A stretch of 63,988 bases of DNA, counting the filler, from Octopus bimaculoides (lineage: Eukaryota): assembly GCF_001194135.2 (NCBI RefSeq). It is 5 parts of 4 records of this genome, joined end to end, with 100 filler letters (N's around TTAATTAATTAA, not from the genome) between each part and the next. Parts side by side here need not be neighbours in the genome. Positions count along the whole stretch, not along the records: positions 29,397 to 58,947 come from NC_069000.1; positions 59,048 to 62,568 come from NC_068987.1; positions 62,669 to 63,988 come from NC_069000.1; 2 more parts are not named here. One strand, 5' to 3'. The position numbers were made by a program, and so were the translations under genes. Below, one piece after another: positions 53,172-63,988 of the stretch (its first letter is position 1; each line of letters starts with the position of its first letter). The notes beneath the pieces were generated by a model that was given only the letters and a program-made list of their open reading frames with translations, made no database searches and was not told the DNA's origin.

Positions 53172-53650
53172 TGAGATGACGGGTGGATGACGAACATTAC
53201 AATGTGTTTTTGTAGTCATCTTCCTCTCAGTTGAACCAAGAAGGTTTCTTCGACAATGCCTTCAGGTCCAGTCTTCACATAAATATGTAGGCGTGCCCTA
53301 ATATCTAATGAATTCATAACTGGGACTTTGACAGGTGTTACTACTCCGGACCAGAGCAGACCAGGGAATAAGTGTCTATGAGGTGATTCCCCATTCTTCA
53401 AAATCCTGGAATACTCGAGCCAGAGACCTAGTACATACATATGCATATATACGTACATATATATAAATATATACATATACATGTATGTATATGTATATAT
53501 TTATATATATATAGATCTAGCTATGTGTGTGTATAAATACACATACGCGCGCACGCACACATATATATACCCATTATATACACATTATATACACATATAT
53601 CTATAAACACACACATATGTCGAAATAGATAGATAGATAAATAGATAGAC

Positions 53651-53735
<85 letters not shown>

Positions 53736-54099
53736 TTCAAATCCAAATATATGCGACAGAAATCAACTCAGTAATGAGTATGACCAGCGCTTTCTCTAAT
53801 AAACTGCAAAGCAATGCTGACTTTCTAGTTCAGTTGATTTGTAGCTTTTAACACAAGCTATGGTTTAATGGATCTTCGGTCGTTCTATCTGCTAATAATA
53901 TCTATTTTCAGTTAACTGCAATGAATAAATGGCAATTAGCACTGTGACGAATGGAAATACAACGTTTATTACAAGATTGGCTGATATATTTCACTTCGTA
54001 CGGTGACCATTTATTATTAGCATGTATTGGTTCTTATACTCTTGAGTGCCTTGTCGTACAAAAGCAAATTCGATTATAAGTTGAGCATTTGAAGGGATT

Positions 54100-54690
54100 A
54101 TCGATATATGAACGTGTGTGTCAGTGTGTGCATTAGGCAGGTCCTATCTTTGTGCTATCAGTTGCAGTTATTTTCGAATTTTCCTCATCAATATTATCTT
54201 TTTTCAGATCAGTTTCAAGCAATTTGTATATCACAGCGTTGGTTTCAAAGAAGGATCTTTTTCCAGAACGTAATTCTCCATAGAATAGCTGCTTCGTAAT
54301 TCTTTCATCTTCCATTTGATACCATAACAACTATCCACCTCTGCCTGCTCTGCTACTTGAGCTGTTCTCAGCTTATGATATTTGCTAATTCCAACACATC
54401 ACTTTGCTCGCATAGTGTAAGATGTATGCAAAATTTGACGGAAGTAAATCCTTAACGAGACTATTTGTTAAAAAAGCTCCAGCTGTTTAACATAGTTTTG
54501 CATTCTTCATACAAAAAAATTTCTTCAGGCTAAAAAAAACAAACAAAAAGGAGTCTCTTTACGTTGTATAAATCGCTTTGTCTACTGGTCATCAACTGGA
54601 CAGGCAGAATTCAAGTTGACTTTGTCAGTCTTCAAATTCATTAAACCACGATCGAATCAAGCCAATGAGGCCTCCCTCCTTTTTATTTTA
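54100..54690 (-). mobile_element. RTE-clade LINE 3' fragment, old
   Basis: QMEDERITKQLFYGELRSGKR matches the RTE motif RM.D.RIPKQL.YGEL..GKR. Confidence 0.8.
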
Positions 54691-55545
54691 TTTATTTTTT
54701 TTTTGGTTCCGCAGGAGTTTAACGGATATCTGGGCTCTCTGTCCAATGATGATAACAGCCAAAACTTTTTTCAAATCACACTTGCATTTATTCTTGTAGA
54801 TTCTCCAGATTTAATTTTTCTTCAGAGGATTTGTCTCTATTTGTAGTATTATTGAATGTGTAGGGGTGGAGAGAGATATATAGGATAGTAAGAAGAGTGA
54901 ACGAAGAAAGTGTTTACAGCTGGTCAGTTCTTTCAAAGACTAGTTGATTCTTGGCCTTTAAAAGTGGCAAAACCAGGTGGCTATTTAAGGTGAGGCATTA
55001 TTTGGAAAGAAGTTGTTTTTCATAAAGTTGCCATCATTGTCAAGTGAGAGAGAGTGGGTGTATTTTTGTGTGTATGTGTGCGCATATGTGTGTGTGTGCC
55101 TGTGTATCTGAAAGGAGTGTCAATGGAAAAGAGAAGGAAAGAAAGAAGGGAGAAAGGAAGAAGAAGGAATTGTGTTTACATGTATACAGGTGGTTAGTTC
55201 AAAACAGGAAGGAGACAAATATGAAAACCAAGTTAACCAGGTTCAATTCTAGTTGGCACAAAAATGTCCCACTATCTGGGTTTCATATATACATACATAC
55301 ATAATATATATATACATACATGTATGTGTGTGTGCGCCTGCGTATGTATGTATGAATGTATGTGTGTATGTATGTAAACGTAAGATTTAAAGATCAAGTT
55401 GTAGCAAAATAGCAAGCTTCGAGCAGTCCGTAGAAGGTTTAATAAACAACTTTCAAGAACAATAATGACGTAGAAGGTGGTAAATTTTCCCCGTATCGAT
55501 GTTCGATAAGCTATGTGTGTGTGTGTGTGTGTGTGNNNNNNNNNN

Positions 55546-55587
<42 letters not shown>

Positions 55588-55914
55588 CTGTATTTTGAAG
55601 AAATGATGATAATACATTCACACCTTTAGTAACCATACAAGATGAGAGGCCGCTTATGTAATTCATTCATAATTACCTAATTGCTACTAAATTTATGCAA
55701 AGTAAACCAACGTCTTCTTAAGTCTTACTAAAGAAGGATCTGGCGGATCCAGGCATCCAGCTGTTGAAAGGAAATCAGCATTGGTTACGCCAAAGACCAG
55801 ATCATCGTGTCTGATAACAGATCAAACCTGACAGACTGCCATTGGGAAAGTGCATGTTGCTTGATCACTGTTGTGTAGTTGTTTACACTAGAAATTTTTA
55901 TCTCAACATGTTTG

Positions 55915-55974
<60 letters not shown>

Positions 55975-56363
55975 TCTGTGTGATTGTGTATATGTGCATG
56001 TGTGTGTCTGTGAGTGAGCGCGAACGAATATAAACATATTTCTATAAATACACGCATAAACATGGACATACACGAACAGACGCATTCACACACGTATATT
56101 TACATACATTTCTACGTATGTTTATTGACGTTTGTCTATGGGTTTCAGATGGAGAAGATTGTATTTGTACTACATATGTACGTATTTATATACGTACGTA
56201 TATATGCATATANNNNNNNNNNNNNNNNNNNNNNNNNNNNNNNNNNNNNNNNNNNNNNNNNNNNNNNNNNNNNNNNNNNNNNNNNNNNNNNNNNNNNNNN
56301 NNNNNNNNNNNNNNNNNNNNNNNNNNNNNNNNNNNNNNNNNNNNNNNNNNNNNNNNNNNNNNN

Positions 56364-56425
<62 letters not shown>

Positions 56426-56491
56426 TATATACACACAAATAGATAAATATAAATATTTGAACATACATACATATATATATTTTATACAAAT

Positions 56492-56529
<38 letters not shown>

Positions 56530-56917
56530 ACATATATACTCATTTGTTAGAAGCTGAGACTTCCCTTCGTTTGCAGTTTTTACACTAGCTCGAAATACCA
56601 GCCAAATTTTCCTCGATGACGACCCGTTTTAAGTATGAATGATCTTCAAAGAATGCAAAATTAGGATGGTCACAGCTGGAAGGTCGGAGCTCACCCGTGG
56701 CTAAACAACAACAACACTAAGAACAGCGTTTGTATGAATTAATAAGCTGCGTCTAAATAAAAACCTGTATTATATACAACCCAATGTACCCAACAACCTG
56801 AGACAGGGTGTAAAAAACAGTGGGTTGTGTACATCAGGTCACAGTAGGAGTTCCCACATCTCATTTTCCACCTCCTTATATATCTTCTCATACTCACCCT
56901 TCACTTCACTTTTAAGT

Positions 56918-56951
56918 GAGACCTTCACTTCACTTTTAAGTGAGACCTTCA
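56918..56951. repeat. 24-bp direct duplication (array about 56898-56951)
   Basis: CCTTCACTTCACTTTTAAGTGAGA twice (56898-56945), followed by a partial CCTTCAC. Confidence 0.85.
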
Positions 56952-57099
56952 CATCTGGTGGACATATGAACAGTGCATTGACTCCATTCTCTGCCGAAGA
57001 AAACATGGCGTTTTTTACGCTTGCACTGGGTAGATATTTTTTTAAACATCCGCTGTTTCTATATTTTAAGAGAGAATAATATTTAAATTTTAGAATGTG

Positions 57100-57136
<37 letters not shown>

Positions 57137-57756
57137 ATAGTGGATGGTGTAAATATGAATAAGTAACTATACTGTTAGATCCATAACAACGCCTGGCGCC
57201 TGTATCCCGGTGGATATTAATATGAGCAGATATCGGTGAGCCTTAGATTTCAGAAGTAAACCTTTTAAATTTTCTGAAGAAATCAAAAATACTAGAAACA
57301 TGGTTTCTGTAAACTAAGCAATATCGATTTTAAACTCTAATCAACAATTTTCATCGTTTCCAATCAATGTAATCAGTCCGATAACTTGTGGGCGTATAGC
57401 ATATGCATGCAAAGAGACGAGTGTCAAAGCGAAGGGGTTTAGGTTTATTTTTTTAACTCACTCCTATAAACTAAAGCACAAATGGCATTTGCTGCGAGAT
57501 TTTATCTCGGAAAAAATATTTTCTCTCCGTAGATTATAAATTTTGTGAGTAGAATCACGAGCCGAGTTCCAAGTGATGTCAACGGACTATCGAACATGGT
57601 GTTTTAATATATTTTCACCTCTTCAATGGTAGATACAACCTTCGTCATTTGTAATTTATCCGGAACAGCCTGGCTTATTAGTGGATTGGTAGGCAGAAAC
57701 CAAAGAAGCCCATCGTATATGTGTATGTATGCATGTACGTATTTTTGTATGTATGT

Positions 57757-57827
57757 ATATACGTATGTATATACGTATGTATATACGTATGTATATACGT
57801 ATGTATATACGTATGTATATACGTATG
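57757..57827. repeat. 12-bp minisatellite (ATATACGTATGT)n
   Basis: About 5 units. Confidence 0.9.
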
Positions 57828-58012
57828 TATGTATGTATTCCTAATGTACTGTTTATTTGTAACCTCGATTGTTAATATTACATGGTATGTCATAAGCATT
57901 TGTATGTTGTCGTTTTTGTCATTTTAGTTACAGAATAAGTTAATTAACTCAACGGAATGCACTGTCTGCAAGTCGATGGGTTCCGCATATATTCTCCTCC
58001 ATTTTCTAATTG

Positions 58013-58045
<33 letters not shown>

Positions 58046-58081
58046 AATATATATTAATTGAAGCGTACAGTATTATATTTT

Positions 58082-58490
58082 GTTAATTACTCCCTATTTC
58101 GAGCTTTCAACAATAATATAGGAAAAATCCATAAAACAGCAGCATCCAGAAATTTTTAAGATATAAAATTTCTGGAGAGTTAGAGCTTCGCACCTCTGTC
58201 GGACGCGACGCGTACTTAGCCGGACGTCATTTTTTCTCGCCTCCCTACATTTTTTCTCTCTTTGTTTCCCATTACAATGCATCTTGGCCTAACGGCCCTT
58301 AATGTTTGTCTTCGTCGATTGTTTCTGGATGCTCTTGTTTGATGAAGTTTTCCTATATTGTCGTTGAAAGCTCAAATAGGGATTAATTAACTGTCGATAA
58401 CTGAGGAGGGGTTAGACTTCTTTTGGTATGCTGTCCCGTACTTGTCTCTCATTATGTGTTTACGTATTTTTCACTTGTTGGTGATGTCCT
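58082..58490 (+). mobile_element. Repeat family X, best copy, with an inverted partial copy at its 5' side
   Basis: 58082-58152 is an imperfect inverted repeat of 58321-58391. Homology to the 62685-63000 copy continues past the repeat to about 58490. Confidence 0.75.
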
Positions 58491-58947
58491 TTTCTTATTA
58501 TTTATTTATGTGTTTCAGCCAAGTGGCTGCGGTCATGCTGTTGCATGTATATTATTGTATATTTTTTGGTAATTTGTCCTGTACTTATCACTGGTGTGCC
58601 TTTTTCACTCGTCAGTGGTATCTTGTACTTTACGTATTATGAGTTACAGTTTGTCATACCGGCCATGATGAAATACCACAAGGTATAGAAAATACGTATT
58701 CGCCTTTATATATTTATATATTTAATCCTTTATATTGAACACTCAATATTTCATATATTCAATAAGACATATTCCATATATTCAATAAGACATATTCCAT
58801 ATATTCAATAAGACATTCAATACTTCATTTCATTGTACCATCCATCTTTTTTTATATTATATATTATATATTCCATATTCTATATCCCACATAAATTTTA
58901 CAAGAATATAAATAAAAAACATAAAAAACAGACAGAGTTGGAACTCT

Positions 58948-59047
58948 NNNNNNNNNNNNNNNNNNNNNNNNNNNNNNNNNNNNNNNNNNNNTTAATTAAT
59001 TAANNNNNNNNNNNNNNNNNNNNNNNNNNNNNNNNNNNNNNNNNNNN
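58948..59047. other. Artificial scaffold-join linker
   Basis: N44-TTAATTAATTAA-N44. Confidence 0.95.
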
Positions 59048-59206
59048 CTCGGGTCCACCACACACAATCTTTCACCATGGCCACCAGTATGATGAACACT
59101 GCTTTGCCTTCCCTGTTGAGGGACGGTGGCGGAGCAATTTGCACAATAGACTCGGCTGACAGGCGGACTCGTCGCACACGTGACAGCAGCCGTTCGGCAT
59201 AAGCCC

Positions 59207-59207
<1 letters not shown>
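59048..59207 (-). mobile_element. L1/Tx1-clade LINE C-terminal fragment
   Basis: WAYAERLLSRVRRVRLSAESIVQIAPPPSLNREGKAVFIILVAMVKDCVWWTR resembles the Tx1 segment after the zinc finger. Bounded by (TATC)n and a scaffold end. Confidence 0.6.
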
Positions 59208-59272
<65 letters not shown>

Positions 59273-59379
59273 AGAGATTGATTGATAGATACAGAAATTG
59301 ATATACATGCATATAGATACGTTTATTTACACACACACACACACACACACATACATACATACATACATACATACATACA

Positions 59380-59414
<35 letters not shown>

Positions 59415-59651
59415 GTATATATATACATACACACACACAGTGGTGTAAAAGTTGGCATACAGTTATGAAAAAGGAAAACACGTACAATACTCATTTATTT
59501 CTATAAAATACAATTAAGTTATGATAAAAGTATTATTGTGATTAATGAGTTAAAATATCAAAAAATGAGGCTAACTAATTTAATGTGCTAATAATTTTTA
59601 AGAATTATAACGGATGTGATACTGTATACCTACTTTTGCATCCCTGCGCAT

Positions 59652-59707
<56 letters not shown>

Positions 59708-59713
<6 letters not shown>

Positions 59714-60066
59714 CGGCTTTTTTTTCACTTTCCGTTTACCAAATCCTCACAAGGCTTTAGTCGGCCCGAGGCTATAGTAGAAGATACGTGACCAAGGTGT
59801 CACGCAGTGGGACTGAACCCGAAACCATGTGGTTGGGAAATAAGCTTCTTATTTCTTTACTGCCCACAAGGGGCTACACACAGAGGGGACAAACAAGGAC
59901 AGACAAACGGATTAAGTCGATTATATCGACCCCAGTGCGTAACTGGCACTTATTTAATCGACCCCGAAAGGATGAAAGGCAAAGTTGACCTCGGCGGAAT
60001 TTGAACTCAGAACGTAGCGGCAGACGAAATATCGCTAAGCATTTCGCCCGGCGTGCTAATGCTTCT
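59708..60066 (-). mobile_element. SINE A head fused to a SINE B copy
   Basis: Family A head 59708-59850 followed immediately by family B 59852-60066. Confidence 0.85.
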
Positions 60067-60819
60067 TACCACACAACCAACCTGCTACCCATAATGATTA
60101 AAAATAGAAGAGATACACACGCGCGCGCATACATACATACATACATACATACATACATACATACATACATACATACATACATACACGTCTTTATGAGGGT
60201 GGAATAACTAAGTTAAATTCTTGTGATAATAAATACCTCGCTTTTTTATTGCGAAGAGTGATAAGTTTTACAAGGATGAAACAGAACTTATCGATATTAA
60301 AGGTGACAAGAAATTAGGTTATAGGTGTATATGTGAGTGTAATCAGAGCATTGAGTTAAACGCTAATGTGTCGTTTCAATAATTTCGTATGCCTGTATAT
60401 TTGATAATGGTATGATAAAAGAGAAAAAAGAATATATTGAATATACAAGTGTTGAATAAGCTATTTAGCATGTGTTTAATGAGACACTTCTTCATATGAG
60501 TAGTCGTGACAAATTTGACATGTAGAAGCAATAAACATCTCAATTAGAAGATATACAAATTAAATTTGATGTTTATAACTGAGGTGTCAAAGGAAAAGGG
60601 GAATCTTGCGTTAGCTGTCTTGTTAGTTGTCTTGGAAAACAACTGTCTATTTTTCAATTCAGCTGTGTGGTAGTGTATCTGTCCAATTATTCAGCAATTA
60701 TTTCTCAGTGTTTACATCCATTAAAAACTCCTGATCTGACAGTTAAATAATATATATGTGTATGTGTGTGTATGTGTGTGTGTGTGTGTGTGTGTGCGTG
60801 CGTGTGTGCGTGTGTGTAT

Positions 60820-61020
60820 TTTTGTGTGTCTGTGTTTGTCCCCCACCATCGTTTGACAACTGATGTTGGTGTGTTTATGTCCCCGTAACTTAGTGATTGG
60901 TCAAAAGAGAACGATAAAATAAGTACTAGGCTTACAAAGAATAAGTACTAGGATCGATTTGCTCGACTAAAGGCGGTGCTCCACATGGCCATAGTCAAAT
61001 GATTGAAACAAAGAAAAGAA
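60820..61020 (+). mobile_element. SINE family A tail (plus orientation)
   Basis: TGTTTGTCCCC…GGCGGTGCTCCA-CATGGCCATAGTCAAATGATTGAAACAA. Confidence 0.9.
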
Positions 61021-61027
61021 TAAAAAA

Positions 61028-61095
<68 letters not shown>

Positions 61096-61130
61096 TAATA
61101 ATAATAATAATAAAAATAATAATAATAATA

Positions 61131-61822
61131 AAATCCCAGCAATGGTTGAGAAGCTCAGGGCTCAAAGCAGAGATTGAAGGATTTTTAATTGCTGCAGAAG
61201 ACCAAAGCCTCCCCACCAGAAATTACCAAAAACATATATAATGAAAAGAAACATAACAAGTAACTGCAGAATATGCGGCGATGGATAAGAAACCATAAAT
61301 CATATTATCTCTGGCTGCCCAGTCCTGGCTAAGAAGGAATATATTCACAGACACGACAGTGCTGGGACCTACATATGCTGGAAGCTATGCCAACACTATG
61401 GAATAACAACAGAAAAAAGATGGTATAGGCACACGCCAGAAAAGGTCACAGAAAACGAGAAAGCAACCATACTCTGGGATATGCCAATACACACAGATAG
61501 AGAAATTAAGGCCAATAGACCAGATATAGTTGTCAGAGATCATGAAGGAAAAAAAAATGCTTACTAATAGATGTATCAATACCAGCAGATGACAACGTTT
61601 CCCTAAAAGGAATGGAGAAACTTTCAAAATACAAAAACCTGGAAATAGAGGTAACTCGAATGTGGAATCTAAAAACAGAAAAATTCCTATTATAGTAGGC
61701 GCCTTGGGTATGATAAAAAAATATTCAGACAAATAAAGAACAAAAACACCAGGACTTACAAATATATATATAACATATAGAAAATTGCACTATTGGGCAC
61801 TGCACACATGCTACTCAAAACA
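61131..61822 (+). mobile_element. R4/Dong-type LINE, zinc knuckle plus RLE domain, well preserved
   Basis: [91 protein letters not shown]. Preceded by (TAA)n 61033-61130. Confidence 0.93.
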
Positions 61823-62070
61823 CCGAAAAACGACGAAATCATCCAGTCATATATGGTTCTTAAAAGAAGAAGGCGTCAGCTATAGGATTTACTGGAAGAT
61901 CTTGGCCAAGTGTAAATATTATACCATCGGTAGTGGTAAGTGCGGTCCTTGTGATATGGAAAGATGGCTCATCTGGAAAAGCAGTTACACGTCTAAATTC
62001 AAGAACTGAACTTTTTGGATCATGTCCACATATAACAAAATACCTGTTACGGTTTTTGGCCACCAAGATC
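61823..62070 (+). mobile_element. Penelope-like element, C-terminus of the GIY-YIG region
   Basis: TTKSSSHIWFLKEEGVSYRIYWKIL..KCGPCDMER..RLNSRTELFGSCPHITKYLL matches the PLE pattern T.LS.HIW.LK..W.IL..C.LC..E..LN.R.EL...C.H..K.LL. Confidence 0.85.
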
Positions 62071-62399
62071 ACGGATAGAATCTGCATTTTTACTATGTTC
62101 CTGTACAAGCTTTCCATATGTCTTAACATTTTCATTGTTTTATATATTTTTCATTTTCTCCTTTTTAATTGTGTGATTGTGTACGTGTGTGACTAGATGT
62201 CTTGCAAACAACTCACACATGCAAGTGCTACCAGTCGAGAACTCCGCATACCGGAAACCAGCAAGTATATGGGGTCATCAGGAAAGAATGCGCGCCGTTT
62301 CGGGGCCTACCTCTCGACGGCATCAACTGGATACAATAAATTAATGATGAATATACATATAGTAGAACATGATGAAAAAAAAAAAAATAATAATAATAA

Positions 62400-62568
62400 T
62401 AATTTCTGCTATAGGCACAAGGCCTGAAATTTTGGGAGAGGGGGCTAGTCGATTGCATCAACCCCAGTGTTTCACTGTTACTTAATTTATCGAACCCGAA
62501 AGGATGGAAGGCAAAGTCGAACCCGGTGGAATTTGAATTTAGAACGTAAAGACAGACGAAATACAGTT
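62400..62568 (-). mobile_element. SINE family B, truncated by a scaffold end
   Basis: TAGGCACAAGGCCTGAAATTTTGGG…CCCGAAAGGATGGAAGGCAAAGTCG. Confidence 0.85.
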
Positions 62569-62668
62569 NNNNNNNNNNNNNNNNNNNNNNNNNNNNNNNN
62601 NNNNNNNNNNNNTTAATTAATTAANNNNNNNNNNNNNNNNNNNNNNNNNNNNNNNNNNNNNNNNNNNN
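62569..62668. other. Artificial scaffold-join linker
   Basis: N44-TTAATTAATTAA-N44. Confidence 0.95.
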
Positions 62669-62684
62669 TATATATATATGCATA

Positions 62685-63000
62685 TACGGGTACAGGACGT
62701 CACCAACTGTGCAACAACATGAAATACGTAAACAATGAGACAAAATAATAAACACAGAGAAACGACCTTTCATCAGTTGTTGGTTGTCTATCTACTCCTT
62801 ATTTCGAGCATTCAACGACAATATCACTCTTGAAAAACAGTTGCTCACAAAAATTCTAAAATAAAATTTAAGATTTATGGAGGGTCAAAGTTGGGAACAA
62901 AAACAGGACAGTGGGGACATACAAGGAAACCGAACGAAAACAAACGTGGAGGGTCGTTTGACTAGAACAAGAGTAAAATAATGAACTCTGGGAGAAATAT
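62685..63000 (-). mobile_element. Repeat family X copy with its 3' end and (AT)n tail
   Basis: Minus strand TATTGTCGTTGAATGCTCGAAATAAGGAG…CAACAACTGATGAAAGG…GGTGACGTCCTGTACCCGTATATGC(AT)n. Confidence 0.75.
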
Positions 63001-63409
63001 TTTCTTTGAAAAGAGAAAAGATAGGTTGTTAACGTTCTCGTAACTTTGCGGTTTGGTAACAACTTCGATCAAATGAATACTTGACTTTTAAAAGATAAGC
63101 ACTGAGGTCGATTCGTCCGACTAAAACTTTGCAAGGCAGAACCGTAGCCCAATGGCTGAAACAAGTAAAATCAACTACATTTTTTGAAAAATATTTTTTT
63201 ACAGAAGTAACTAGCCAATCATCTGAATGCATGTTGTAACCAAACTCTTTATAATTGTTTCGGTTCCGTTAGCTCACAGCTAATGCCCCACTGGCTGCTA
63301 TCTGGTGTTAAACGCTGAAAACTAGTCCATAAGATGTAGTCTATAACGAGTGAAATAATCTAACAGAACAGCTATTCTTAAGTCTCATGTGAAGGAAAAC
63401 TAGATATTA

Positions 63410-63690
63410 AGAAGGAGAGAGAGAGAGGGAGAGAGAGAGAGAGAGAGAGAGAGGAGGAGAGAGAGAGAAGGAGAGAGAGAAAAGGAGAGAGAGAGAAGGA
63501 GAGAGAGAAGGAGAGAGAGAGAGGGAGAGAGAGAGAAAAGGAGAGAGAGCGACAGACAGACCGATAGAGAGACAGAGAGGGAGATATCGTGTGAGTGAAT
63601 GAGAATAAGAGAGAGAGAGGAGGAAAGAGAAGGGAGAGAAAGAGGTAGAGGAGAGACATAGGAGACAGGGGGAGAGAAGAGAGTGAGAGA
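63410..63690. repeat. (GA)n-rich purine tract
   Basis: About 280 bp imperfect GA/GGA repeat. Confidence 0.9.
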
Positions 63691-63988
63691 CACTTATAAA
63701 TGAAAGGAAGAAAAATGGTGGAAAAAATGGTGGAAAAAATTACCAAATTTCCCTCGGGTGAGCAACCATTCTTATCATAATCAGCCCATTATAAATATCC
63801 CTTGAGAGTACAGACATGGCTTAAACATGTTCACACACGCACACACACGCACACGCACACACACGCACACGCACACACACACAAATACACCCCCCATACG
63901 TTCAAATATACACACACGCCCGCACGCACGCACACGCACATACACACACATACACACAAACACGCTCACACATACTCATAGACTTATA

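Noticed and set aside
58090-58383. Stowaway-like MITE with TA|CTCCCT TIRs and TA TSD
   Set aside because: The inverted match extends past the TA, and homology with other copies continues about 100 bp beyond the right arm. It is better explained as an inverted partial copy of family X.
62260-62325. Minus-strand CGAAACG and CTGATGA motifs downstream of the PLE fragment
   Set aside because: No consistent stems I-III could be formed in any order. At most a heavily decayed pseudo-LTR.

Overview
AT-rich, gap-ridden eukaryotic DNA made almost entirely of repeats. The SINE families, microsatellite load and short-read gaps suggest a coleoid cephalopod, most likely Octopus (inference). No intact host gene is recognisable. 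Most of the supplied ORFs are microsatellite or N-gap artefacts, and the protein-like ones are decayed transposon remnants: R4/Dong-type RLE LINEs, CR1/L2, RTE, Tx1, Penelope-like (PLE), the 5' end of one Ty3/Gypsy element, and Tc1/mariner. About 40 tRNA-derived SINE copies and several MITEs are also present. Four N44-TTAATTAATTAA-N44 linkers mark artificial scaffold joins. The most interesting signals are RNA-level and ecological: (1) a multi-copy non-coding repeat carrying all three hammerhead strands with exact-register stems, but in a non-canonical A-C-B order; (2) a ~310 bp internally deleted RTE element with a twister-ribozyme-like head; (3) two different R4/Dong subfamilies inserted at the same AATAA site inside the dominant SINE; (4) twin-priming-like inversions, PLE mini-hammerheads, a large fold-back MITE and a strong SINE strand bias. 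All calls come from manual reading. Element boundaries are approximate (about +/-20 bp) unless a motif is quoted.
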